From assembly GCA_030704615.1 (NCBI GenBank), contig CM060733.1, forward strand, positions 53,754,001 through 53,818,000: DNA of 64,000 nucleotides, written 5' to 3'. This stretch comes from Takakia lepidozioides (lineage: Eukaryota; Plantae; Bryophyta). This document shows, piece by piece, positions 13,801 through 25,890 of the stretch. The notes beneath the pieces were generated by a model. It saw only the letters and a program-made list of their open reading frames with translations, had not been told where the DNA came from and searched no databases. The translations under genes and the position numbers were made by a program. Each line of letters opens with the position of its first letter. Position 1 is the first letter of the stretch.

Positions 13801-16649
13801 CTAATGAGATCCGACTGCATTTCCTTGCAGCAACCCATTACGGATCTGCTCAGCAACGTCACGCACTGCTCCCGGGCCATGTGGGATGAACACTGTTGAG
13901 CTCTTATTATGTGCTCCAATCTCCTTCAACGTATCAAAATATTGGGTCACCAACACCATATCCATGACCTCTTTTGGTGAAGTCCCGGGCACATTGTCGG
14001 AGAAAGCCAATACACTCTCCCTCAGACCGTCGACTATTGCCTGGCGTTGTCGAGCAACTCCTACCCCTGATAAGTACTTGGATTCTGCCTCTGCCTCAGC
14101 TCGTTTGACCTGTAAGCCATAGCTTGATTCATTAAGACAAGTCAACCATTCTTATCCCAACCCAAACTGAACTTGAATTTCTGTCTGATTCTGGAGATTG
14201 ACCAAGTCCACTTCACAAGTGCGCTTTACCCCTTAAGATGAATAGTCAAAACATGGATTCATTCCACCAAATAGTCTTTCTTGCGCTACCAGAGATGCTC
14301 AACAAAAAACAGAGGTTCAGTGTCCTCAGAATATGTGAAAACTTCCTAACAAACTGGCAAGCGCAACTCTAGTTAATTAATTTACATATCCTAAGGAAAG
14401 ACACTGACCTGTAGAAACTTCTCCCCCTCTGCCTTTTCACGTGTTGCAACTCTCATTCGTGCAGCTGCAATCAGGCAAGTTTACTTGTGATTAAACCTCT
14501 TAAACTGCACATGCTCAATCATAAGAATCATCCATGATATCGGAGGGCGCAGTCTAAACATATATATAGTACCGAGAGTCCAGATAACGACGCCTACAAC
14601 TACCAAGCATTCCTGCTTCTTTTCCTAAAAATGTCAGCCTCATCACCACTGTGGTTTGTGCAACAGGTGAAATCCAACCAGACTAGTTCCTTTGGAACCC
14701 AAAGCTGTCAAACCACGAAAACATCTTGCTATGTCAAATGGGGCATAAAATCAAAGCACTTAAATGCCGCAATAACCAATCCATGACAGACATATGCAGA
14801 TTACCTGCATTAATTTCGTTCATAGCTCGCTTCACAGTCTCATCAGGCTCAATGTCCACAATGAGTGTCTGGACAATCTCATAACCATAATTCCTCATCG
14901 CCTGCATGGTTCAACAGATGCAACCAACATCTCATTATAGCTCCTTCTGACTAAGAGTAACAACAAGTCATGACCAAAAATACACAGCTAACATCAGTAG
15001 TGGTATCGTCTTTCTCCCATTCAAGTACTACATCCCTTTAAATCTGCAGCCACCCACTCAAACATCTCTGGTAGTCCCTGCTGTACACCTCTACGCAGCC
15101 TATCCAGTTGCAGAACAGCAATAGAAACACCCAAAGTATACATGGGAAGTGGAGAAGATGCCATTTGGTAACTTGCCTTTTCCAGCTGTTCCTCAACAGT
15201 CTTGGCAATGTCATTCTTCTGCTCAAATACGTCGTCCAAAATCATTTTGGGTACACTTGCTCTCACCACTGCCAATAAGAGACACCCTATTGAAGTTAAA
15301 AATCCCTACACAAGTCATTCTGACACTCTCTTTTAATCAAGTTGAGATTCTCTACACAAGTCTCTCCATCCCTGTGTGCCCCTCTATTTCTTTCTTTTTC
15401 TTGTTATACTATGTTGTTTAACTTGTGTCCCCAGAGTCCTTTGGGTCTCCTGCAGTTGGTATGACTCTGTCTCTGTCTCTCTCTCACAGAGAGAGAAACA
15501 TACATTTATAGCTGAAAATTGAGCCTAACATCAGACAGCTTTCATGAACATATGTATCTCCTGTGAAACATGGAATTAACACATAATTTGTTTACATTGA
15601 ATATCATGAAGCTGCATTCAGTACCATCAAAAACATAAGACTTAATTTGCTCGCGTGGGTTGGTGAGCTTATAGAAGGCATCTTGGGCAGAGTCCACATG
15701 TGCTCGGTATTGCACTGAAGCCACCACCGTCACGAACACGTTGTCCTGCACATTCACTCCAAAATTTCCAGTACATCAAAACCCAGTAAGCGGTAGTAAG
15801 ATTTTATATACAGTCCTTCAACTGAGATGCCCATACGTGAGAGAGCTCTAAGGCCACCTTCATGCTAAGATTGTCATGAGATAATTTTTGGCTGAAATGC
15901 TTTTGGTATTTTGTGATGCAATTCACATCCCTCACTTTCTAAGGACAACCACTTAGAACCAAACACTTATCCTCTATCTAAAGGGGCTAGGGTGGGGGAT
16001 CCATAGGCATAAGGCTTAAGCGAGAAAAGCCTGACGGTAGCAGGTCAAGACAGAATTCTTTTTCTTCGTGCTTCGGCGAATTGACACCACTCACACAACC
16101 AGGTTGGCTCGAGCCCTAAGAACAAGTCTCGCAACAAGCATCTGTTGCAAATCAGTCATACATAGAGAAGGCTTCCGTTCTCCAGCAAACCCCAAGCGCA
16201 ATCCACAACTTCCCAATTCAAGCATCTCAGCTCAAATCCGAATTCCCTTTCTGTCGACAGGTGCAGACTTCGGGTGAAGAAAAACAAGGCCGAGGTACAT
16301 CAGTGCTCTCTCCTTCCTCCCTTTCTAGATGGAGATCTCTCTCTCACCTTCCGCACAAAATGAAGACTCGCAAAGAAGCCACAGCCACATATATCACGTC
16401 TTCCGTTGAGCAGCGACAAACCCAAGACCTATTTGTAAAGAAACCAGAGGAAGAAGATACCTTGGTCTTGGTCTCGCATCGAACATCCAGCTGCTGCACA
16501 CGAAGAGACAGCCTGCCAGCGATGTTGAGGCCGCAACACCATGGCACAAAGTGGCAGCCGGGGCCGACCACCTCTTCGAACTTTCCAAACCTCTCCTTGA
16601 CTGCGACTGTGGATTGATCCACCTGCAAGCACCCGAAAACCTGCCCCAT
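13801..16649 (-). CDS. HIR: Hypersensitive-induced response protein (SPFH/band 7 family), about 287 aa
   Basis: Exons 16649-16461, 15745-15625, 15268-15177, 14901-14805, 14464-14409, 14109-13801 join in frame: [15 protein letters not shown]...[20 protein letters not shown]...[31 protein letters not shown]...[18 protein letters not shown]...[23 protein letters not shown]. Intron 3 begins GC. Confidence 0.95.
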
Positions 16650-17218
16650 TGCTTCACCGCTTCCCTTACAAAACCCGCAAGTATACCACCTCCACTCCAA
16701 AGACCCACAAGCACAGAATCCCAATTGGAACGCAAATCTCTGTGTAAGCCCCGCCCCCCTTGAATATCACCACCTAACTTAGTCTTGTTGGCCAAGCTTA
16801 TCCTCGCCGACGCCACGTTTATACGTTTCTACTCGCTCCTTCTTCTTCGTTTCCTTCTTTCTTTTTTCTCGTTTCTTCTTTTTCTTCTCTTTGATTTCTG
16901 TTCGTATTTTGGCAGCCTGCCATTATTTTCCTGGAACCGAGCGGCACGCGCCAGTGTCCCGTCCTCGTCACACACTGTAGCACCACATGTTCCATCCTCG
17001 TCACACTTCCATCCTCTTCACGCATCCCCGCCTCTGACTTTTGTGTGGCCTCGTCGCGCACGGCAGTGACCTGACCGGGTGTCTCTTCACCCCAAAGGGC
17101 TACTGCCTTCGGACAGGAAGGTGGGACACCTTTGTGATACCAATTGGTGGTTTGAACCCACAACCACTTCCGAGGTGGCGGCGTGCCCATTACCACTACG
17201 CTACAACTTGGTTTTTAC

Positions 17219-18032
17219 CAGAGTTGGGCGGTTCTTGCATTTGTGAAGAAACCTTCGGTTCCGGTTACACAATTATTTCAAGAGACGGTTCCGGATCCGG
17301 TTCCGGTTTTTCTTTATCGAGCCGGTTCCGGTCCGGTTCCGGATCCAACTTTTAAACATGGGGCGGTTCCGGTTACTGATTAGTTGCTGATAAAAACCAC
17401 GGTTCGGGTTAGGTTTCGGTTCTTTTTTAAATATATATATTTTATTAATTTAATTAGATTTAAAATATTTTATCAGTCTGGGAGATTAAATAGCAATGTA
17501 TTCACATATTTGAACTAAAATCCAACGATTTTATTAGTTTTCACTAACACAAAAAAAACAAACAAAAATACTCTAAATAAATGGATAACATTTTATGGGT
17601 TGAAATTACTATTCAGCTATCTTGCAAGTATTGGCATCTTCTAACAATTTCATTAATGAACTTAGCCAGGATATCATGGAGCTGGAGATTGAACCCAAGA
17701 TCTCATGGCGTTGAAGCTGAACATGGCCTTCAAGCATTGAACCGGGATCTCATAGAGCTTGAGAGCATTAAAGAAGTTTTGCCGGCCCACCGGCTCTCTA
17801 GGTTATGCCATGTTATGCCAAGGGCCCACCAAAGGTTCAAGAACCATAACCTGTTTTCATCCCATGCGTCCTAGTTCTCCGGTTCTCACACCCAGCAGGA
17901 ACCGTCGGTTCAGTTCTGTGCCGATCCCCATTGGCAGGTTATGGGTGTTCTGCAGGAATGGGCCCGGTTCCGGTTAACCTGAACCTGAACAGGCGGTTAA
18001 CCTGGCTCCCGACGGGTAACCGCCCAACACTG
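17219..18032. mobile_element. Non-autonomous hAT-type element (814 bp)
   Basis: TIRs CAGAGTTGGGCGGTT ... AACCGCCCAACACTG; 8-bp target duplication GTTTTTAC (17211-17218) / GTTTTTGC (18033-18040); subterminal GGTTCCGG repeats; no transposase. Confidence 0.85.
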
Positions 18033-19014
18033 GTTTTTGCGTACAATTTAGTGGGAGGCTCTGGCCTGAGGAACTTCTGCCGATTGAGGTTTGGAAACAA
18101 CTTGGGCGGAGCCAGAGTAGGTCAATTTTCCAGTTTTTTTTTTTTTTTAACTCATTTCTTTGCGCCTCTCATTTTTGAATAATTGGGAGTTTATGTCGCA
18201 CGTGTGGGACAGGGCGCGCACGCCTGCACGGACGCGGGGTCGCCCTCCCCCGCCTGCCCACCCCCACTTGCCAGCCGCGCAACGCGGTCGGCAGCCCCGC
18301 GGCCACCCACGGCCCAGCCCGCCCTCGCCGCTGGGTTCGCCCGCCATCCGGTCCCCAGTGGGTCTGCCCTTACTGGGGTCTGCCCAAGCTCGGTCTGCAC
18401 GGTCTGCCGCCAAGCAGCCCGATCCGGCAGACCCAAACGATGGGACTGACCTGTGCCACCGAATTTGGTATACCACTATCTCATGGAGGAGACCAACAAC
18501 CGTGGTCCAAACTAAGTCCACTCCTGGATTTAGCAGACCAATCAGTTCAAAAGCATACCACGGCCAGGAGTACAGCATACATCGGTTCACAAGCAGACCA
18601 CGTGGAGCACTACTCAATACAAAACATCGACCAGAAATGTTTAGCAGTAGACCACAAGAGCAGACTGATGAAATGATCCACAAAAGTGTACATCATATAT
18701 AAAAATGAACAAACCTGCACCATAGACCACATGAATCCCAGCTCTATTTGGTGAAGCAGGTTCCTCCAACTTCTTTTCCAATGCAACAGCCGCCTCCTTC
18801 ATACCCTCCCGGAGCTGGCTAGCTCGGCTTTGCAACAAATTTTTGTCCTGGGGTTTATTAACAATTTGTGGTCCCGTTCTAGACGCTTCCTGCACTCCAT
18901 GGGTCGAACTGGCCCCTACGGTGGGGGTTATCACTACTGGTACACCCTTTGTGCTTGACTGCATGTTGAGCACCTGCGACAGACCACGAGCTGAGACCTC
19001 AGACGCCATAACCT

Positions 19015-21271
19015 TCACACGAATATCAGACCACAAAACATCAGCAATGACCACCCAAATGCACTGGGGAAAAAAAATGGACTGCAAAAATGCAATGGAA
19101 TCAGACCTTTGTGGGCGCTGTGGGTGTTTGCAATTGCACCACTCCTGTGGCAGGTACATCTCTCGACTACAGTGACTGGTTCCACAGAATGAGAAGGGAT
19201 AGAAACATGTGCATGGGTTTCGACAAGGTCTGATGAATTGTCTGCTATGGGGTCGAACATGCGGAGCACCCTATCAACGGATTGGTCTATTGCCAGTAGT
19301 GGGTCTACAGACGAGTCGGGGTCCACAAAAGTAAGCGGCAAAACGGCCAAAGATGCATCCTCATCTGCAGTAGACCCTGCCTCTAACAGATGGGGAAGGT
19401 CACCGACCAAACTGTCACAGTCATAGTCCATTGTTGCAATTGCAGAATTGGTCTGTACTATGGATAAATGAGCACTGACACCTTCCCGGTTCTGTTCAGG
19501 CAGTGCTGTGTCAGAAGGTCTGGTGGCAAGGGTAAGGTCCATTACCATTCTCTGCTTCTCAGCAGATATTGCAGTGGGGGGGAAAGGAATTGCTCCTCTC
19601 ATTTTCGGCAACTCGTATGTGCCAGGGAGGATGGGTGTTGCTTCCTGGGTTATTGCCAGGTCTCCAGATGGTCTGATGTCTTGCACTGGCAAGGTCTGCT
19701 GATGTTGGAATGGTGAGGTGTCGGCGTCCATACCTGCGTCGCGATGCACTTCTGCAGTGCATTTGTCAAGCAATGTACCAGCCAGGGTGTCCTCTGGCAA
19801 GGTCTGATCAGGTCTGCACTGGTCGGGAAATGTCTGCTCTGAGATGGTCTGGTGTGGTGTGCTCTGGTCTTTTGGGGTATGGTCTGTTGTGCACTCGGAT
19901 CGTCTGGAGTCATGCGATGTGGTCTGGTCTTGTCGGGTCTGCTGTGGTGTGCTCTGGCTTGCACTGGTCTGCTCAGGTCTGATTTCCACTGAGGCGGTCT
20001 GCTTTGCCAAGGTGATGGGTGCCCGCTGATCTGGAAAGGTCTGCCCATGTCCGATCTGGACGTTATTATCTGCAAAGGTCTGCATAACCAAGGTCTCCCC
20101 GGTAATCTCGGGTAAGGTGTGCAATGCCTCCACGAAAGTCTGTTTTGGCAACAAAAAGTTTTTGTCACCCACATTCTCTGGCTTGGGATCACTGACAATC
20201 CAGTCGGGGGTCTCCTATTCCTTGTTCTCCGTAATCCAGTCGGGGGTCTGCTGGTTGGCATGTCATTACTTGGGATTTGGCTGGGAAGGGTCTGCTCGCT
20301 CCAAAGTCTGCTCGCTGCGGGTCTCCTGGGTCTCCATGGGAGTTGGGTTCTGTGTGTCTGCTGTTGTACGAACTCCAATGAGCCTACACTTAACGGGTGA
20401 CTCGACTCCAGTATGGCCACGGAGGGCTTGTAGAAGCTGCCTTGCGCCATTGGCGTATTGGTCAAGAGCATTCCGAACAAGCTCGTCCTCTTGATCATAC
20501 TCTGCAACATGTCACAAACACGTCAAAAACAAAGCACTCATCCCTGGTCTGCTAACAAACGGAAGAATACATGGGGGTTTGATTCACATGGGGCTCTGTT
20601 GGTTGTCATGGTTCATAAAGTTTGCTAGAAGGTCTTCGTTTGTGGTCAACGTCAAGGTCTGTTTAAAAGGTCTGTGTAAAAGGTCTGTTAACAAGGTTTG
20701 TTAGGTCTCATGACATACCATGATCTAGGACTGTGGTCCACAGCCCAATATCTTTCATAAGCCGATCCATGAAGGCCTCGTCAAGCTCTCCCAGAGCTGC
20801 AACATGGTCCTCTGCTGGAAACCTGCTCCAGAGTACTTGGAAAGCATGTCGTTTGTTGAATGCAATGTCGAAAACCGCACGCTCCTGCACAGTCACAAAC
20901 CACATCATAGCGTCTTGCGTGATACTTTCCCGAGCCTCTTCGCTTCCGTGCAGCAGGTCCATCCGCAGGTTGTGAAGGTCTTTTTTTAATTTGGTGTAAG
21001 ACCTGAAATTGCCAAATTGCATCCATTGACGGCGGAGGAAACAATCTGCCATCTCCTCAAAAGCAGTCTCTGTCAAGCTCGCTAAGTGCTTCGGACGAAC
21101 ACCAAATATTGGGTGGGCGATGGCCATGTGTCTTATCTCCAGTGGGCGTGGGTCGTGCATGAGAAAGAGCTGCGCGATAAGCGGTGGCTCGGTCTCCTCC
21201 GCCAGAAGCGCCACTCCATACTCACGGGCTTTGTCCAAAACACGGGTGGCCTCCTCCGCCGTGAACTCCAT
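19015..21271 (-). pseudogene. Cargo gene A of the long-TIR element (unknown, helical-looking domain plus low-complexity Q/T/P tail), decayed
   Basis: Exon 21271-20719 (MEFTAEE...VLDH, donor G|GTATGT) joins in phase to the acceptor at 20501 (tgttgcag|AG): EYDQEDELVRNALDQY... This frame continues into ORF 19015-20172 through three premature stops (TAA TGA, TAG). The 3' end is uncertain. Confidence 0.55.
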
Positions 21272-21408
21272 TGAGGAGTGCTGCGGAGCAAAGGTCCACC
21301 GGGAGGCGACGATGCGGTGAAGCTCTTTGTACCAGTCCAGATGCCGATTACTTTCCCCACAACGAAACTTCGGAAGAGTGGGGTCCTCCTCATCAGTTGC
21401 AGACCGCT

Positions 21409-22074
21409 ATGGAGGACGCCATGGTCTGCCAAATGGGAAAACAATTCGACCACGCAATGTGGTCTGCTGAAGAGGTACGAAGTTTTTTTTTAATTATTAT
21501 ATATGTGGTCTGCTGCGAACCGTCTACTATTTTGGGTCTGCTTTGCTTTGAAAGGCGCACTACTGCCGTGGCTGTGGTCTGCTGCATGGGTCCACGGCTA
21601 TGCTCTACTACTATGCTCTACTGGTCTGCTGTAATGGCCTACTGGTGTGGTCTACTGGTCTGCTGTCAGGCCCAATCTTGACGGGTCTACTAGTCTATGG
21701 TCTACTGCTCTATGGTCTACTGATCTAATGTGAAGGCCAATATTGCTGTTTGTTTTCAGGAGGCGAATGCGCAAGACAACCGAGTGTACAGGGCTTTGCA
21801 AATCTGGAAGTACAGGTTGAACGGTCCTCCTTTGGAAAATACACTTGTCCGGAATGAGGTCCGTGATATTCGTGACTACATCCTGAGTCTGTATCCACAG
21901 TCGGCTGATGCCATTGCATCAATTCAGGATGGTACCATTGGCCGCGCAACAGGCCTCCCTCCATCTGCTGTAAAGGCTTTTGAGAGCGCCGGTCAGACTA
22001 GCAGACCCGGCTCAGTGGACCTTTCTTCCGTGACCCATCCTCCAGCGGGTTCAAGTACCTGGAAGCCGTTGTAG
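21409..22074 (+). CDS. Cargo gene B of the long-TIR element, unknown small spliced protein
   Basis: A T-rich phase-0 GT-AG intron (21475-21759) joins MEDAMVCQMGKQFDHAMWSAEE to EANAQDNRVYRALQIWKYRLNGPPLENTLVRNEVRDIRDYILSLYP. The start codon is uncertain. Confidence 0.45.
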
Positions 22075-23115
22075 TCTTCATCCTTTGGGTGTGATCGTGC
22101 CTCCACCCACTTCTTCTCGGCTGTGTCAATGGTCTGCCGTATCTGCCCTGATCTCACATAAGCATACAAAAAAGGGAAAAAGTCCGGATCTGATTCATCT
22201 GGGTACTGGTCTGGCAGAAGACCGTGGGGAAGCAGGTACAATGTGCCAGGGCGGACAGGGGTGCCCGTTACATCTCCATGAGCGTCAGTCAGGGTCTGCT
22301 ATTTCTTGGTCTGCTTGTTGGGTCTGATATGTGGTGGGCGTCGTGGGTCTGTTTGAGGGTGTGATTCCTCCATGGGGATGTCCGAGTCAAGGGTTATGTC
22401 ATGTACCGGCGGGGCGTACCCAATGGGGTTGTTCACCAAGTACGGTCTCACAAGTAGTCCCGGCCGCTCCGTCGACATGTCCTGAACATGATCCTCCTCT
22501 TCATGAGAGTCTTCCTCACTTGAGTCATCCCCACTGGACGACAAAGTTGAAACAACAGCCTGTGGTCTGTTGGGACTGACCTGGTTGCAATTCTTTGCTA
22601 CTCACTCTCATATCCCGTGGTCTGCCAGTACTGGTACTGCCAGATCTGTGACTTTTGCGGTCTACATTTTTTTTAGCTCCATCACTGAGCTTCATTTTCT
22701 TCACTGGCACAACGAGACCGGGGCCCAGTAGGCTGGCTTCAGTGTAATAACGCTGCCGCACTTCCTCAGCAAACCGAGCGACGACATGCGCACCCCTACA
22801 CTTTGCAGTGATTTCTTTTGCGGCCTTAGACGAACTTGGCTTGGGCCAAGGCTTGAAGTTCTCAGGGACCATACTTTTGCATCCTCCATCAAGGGCATGG
22901 CGGTTTAGAGTCTCTTTGTCCTTCACAATATCGGGGCAAAAGGGGCACTGAAACCGATCCTTTGGCCAGTTCTCTTTCTCCTTCGCTACGCACAAGTCCA
23001 AAAATGCTTCTACTATTTTAGCATCGTACTCACTTGGCTCATACCAGTACCTTCTCTTGGCTTTGTGGCGAGGGCATGCACATATTCCACCAAATCGGCT
23101 CCGCCCTTTGGGCAA
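21993..23115 (-). pseudogene. Cargo gene C: zinc-finger-like domain, acidic linker and unknown domain
   Basis: ORF 23115-22525 contains FQCPFCPDIVKDKETLNRHALDGGC (C2H2/C2HC-like). ORFs 22544-22299 and 22241-21993 share one frame, separated by a single stop. Confidence 0.4.
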
Positions 23116-25270
23116 GCTTCTTCCATGGCTGCAACCTAAGGAGGAATTGTGTCAGAGACGGTCTACTAAATGCAAATGAAGAAGAGCAAGCAAAAAAGGA
23201 AATGAAGGTCTGGCGGTGAAGAAGTCTGGTGAAGTTGATACCTTTGCACTTCGGCAACGACGGGCACACGGCCTTTGAAGAGCGGATGGGCGCTACAAAC
23301 GAATCGTCGAGTCGAAGAGGCAGAAACCGCGAAGCGCAACACATCGTGCAGTCGCAAAGTAGAGAGACGCGAAAGACGCAAAAGGAGGAAGAGGCGAGGA
23401 CCCCAACGTAACGGCTCACTGCTAAGCGTGACAGGAGCACACGTGCGACCGCCGAGGCCATGCACGTCGGCCATTGGACTGCCGTCGAAACATCAAACGT
23501 CCCGGAGGCACAATAATGGCCGCCGCCAAGGACTTCCATGGTCTGCCCTAAGTCTCCACCAAAAGGGTCCGCCAAAATGGTCCGCCAAAATGGTCTGCCA
23601 AAAGGGTCTGTGGCACTGGTCTGTCGCATTCGTGAGGCAAAGATTGTCTGCACTCGGTCTGCCGTCGGGGTCTGACCAGAGTTCTCCAGGCTGGTCTGTT
23701 GGTTCGGTCTTCTCGTCTGGACTGGCATGGTGCACTCTTCTCTTCTCCTGCTCTGCCCATCTGGTCTGCCCTCTGTCTGCAGTGTGTCCCCACCCGTTTC
23801 ACCATTTCAATGGTCCCCCGGCTGGGTCTCTGCATCCCCGCACTGTCATGGTAACACTTTGGAAGGTCCACTGGTTCGTTGCACAAAAAATTCCGCCACA
23901 CATGCCTATTTCGTCCTGCATCGATGGGTCCACCTGCAAACAACATCCAAGAGATGGAACTCAGGAGGAAATCGGAATTTTATACAGCCAACCATGCACA
24001 TATGCTTCCGCTATTTTTGCAATGTCATTCCACACATGCTATATGGAGGAGAAGCCTCGAACAAGACAGTGAGACAAGGGAAAGGCCGATTCTCAATTGT
24101 TGTCCGCTAAATGAGTCGTACTTGTTAGCAAAGACCTAAATACTTCCATTCAAGTCTGCTTTGTAAAATCAATGTAACTCACTTCCCCGCGCTCAAACAG
24201 TCCCACGAATAGGCGAACAACAAAGCAAAAATAGTAGAAGCATATGAACAAAAGAGGCTGTGGCTTGAAACGATGGACTCCGACGTTGCCAGAGAGTCCA
24301 TGGAGTCATGCAAAGGGATTCTTCACGCCGAGTCTGTTGGTTCTAAACAGTCAAACAACTAACAGCAGCAAGCAACATGAGGAAAAAAAAAAAAAAAAAA
24401 GGGGGTCTTAGGAGATCGGCGAGTGCCATGGCATGCCCTAAATCGGGGCGGTCTGGATAAACCGGATCTGGACGGGCAGATGCGCGCCACGTAGGTCTGG
24501 GTCTGTTGTGCCGGTCTGGGGTGGTCTGCCGGACGACATGCGCAGACCAAGCTTGGGCAGACCCCAGCAAGGGCAGACCCACTGGGCACCCGATGGCGGG
24601 CGGACCCAGCGGCGAGGGCGGGGGCCGCGGTCCGGGGGCGGGCTAGGCGGCGTGCGGGCAGGGCCGCGGGCGGCTGGCAGATGGGGGTGGACGGGGCGGG
24701 GGAGGGCGACCCCGCATCCGTGCGGGCGTGCGCGCCCTGTTCCACACGCGCGACATAAACTCCCAATTATTAAAAAATGAGAGGCATATATATATGTATC
24801 TCCAAAATATCCCACCCCCTTGAACCAGTGTTTTTATTCCATGGATGAAATCGTCAAATTTCTCCAAATAACATATAAATTCTGGATGAATTCCAGATGA
24901 TATCAATGGATTAAGTACAAAAGTAGATGATTCTATCCAAATTCGAGTGGATGAACAGAATGTATGGCTATTTCTTGCAATACTCAGTAGCCACTTGTGC
25001 TATTTTCCAAATTTCAAAACAAAAACACTGCCTTGAACACACTGGGGACAGTCCCCGGGCAGGATCTTTCCACAACGGAAATATTTTCCAGCTTTTTGCC
25101 TTTGCAATATGGGGATCTTGCATGGCACAATTTTGCAGGAACCCTACAGGAACCCTACATGGATATTCCCTGTAGGATATTACTTACAGGGATTTTCTTC
25201 TTTTCTTCTTGTCTCCGTTCTCATCTTTTTTCGTCCTAGGAGACCCTAAAGGAAATATGCTGCAAAGAAA

Positions 25271-25415
25271 GCCTCTCATTTTAGATTAATAGCGTCTTGA
25301 ATGCAGAAGCGCGTGGCCTGTGGGCCCCGCCACATCCAAACAACGGGTCACCCCACCATGGCCGGGACCACGCCCTAGGGTCTGCCGCTACTTATCAGGG
25401 CAGACCAGAGAGCCC
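25271..25415. mobile_element. Orphan terminus related to the long-TIR element
   Basis: Begins GCCTCTCATTTTAGATTAAT, followed by GC-rich sequence containing GGGTCTGCC and GGGCAGACC; preceded by GCAAAGAAA. Confidence 0.55.
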
Positions 25416-25430
25416 TTTTTTGTTTTCAAA

Positions 25431-25683
25431 AAATATTTTTTAATAAATAAATATTAAATTTTAATTAAAAAAAGGAAACCTGGGAGCGACTGCTCACAAT
25501 TCAGGCTCTTGAGGAGGGGGAAAAATTAACCCCCTTTCAGATAAGCCATTAGGCACACAGGTGAGAAACGTCACCACCAGACCAGCCGGTCACGAACAAT
25601 CCACACACCAGGCAGGGCAGCGGGTTTGAACCCCGAACCAGGGCGACACACTGTGCACTTACCAGCTGAGCTACCAGCTGATG
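25431..25683 (-). mobile_element. tRNA-derived SINE, copy 1
   Basis: Reverse strand has A box TAGCTCAGCTGG and B box GGTTCAAACC, a body closely similar to 31121-31357, and an AT-rich tail. The tail boundary is approximate. Confidence 0.8.
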
Positions 25684-25890
25684 TGCTGGAGAGAGAGCCT
25701 TTGTATGATGAAAAAGTTCCAAGCAAGAAAAATAAATAAAAAATGTAAGAAAGTATTTAAATGGAAAGTCAAGGTGGTGCAGTGAATTGTTGTTCTCACA
25801 TAATATGCGGCCTTGGGACATGCCTTTAGAGCACCTTCTAGTCCATATTATTCAACGTTGTCACTTTGCCATTCATTTTGTTTTCTTTAA

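Larger units (their letters stand above)
18164..24785. mobile_element. Long-TIR DNA element, probably Mutator-like (Pack-MULE-like), 6.6 kb, with no recognisable transposase
   Basis: GC-rich imperfect inverted repeats of about 245 bp (18164-~18408 vs ~24541-24785), starting GCCTCTCATTTTTGAATAATTGGGAGTTTATGTCGC and ending GCGACATAAACTCCCAATTATTAAAAAATGAGAGGC. The interior is rich in GGTCTG/CAGACC. The 9-bp left flank reappears inverted at 25262-25270. Confidence 0.8.

Noticed and set aside
18147-18702. Long GC-rich ORFs on both strands, mirrored at 24343-24906
   Set aside because: They coincide with the stop-poor TIRs and show no protein-like features.
23039-24110. 229-aa and 265-aa overlapping ORFs
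   Set aside because: Low-complexity products of motif-rich DNA with no recognisable domain.
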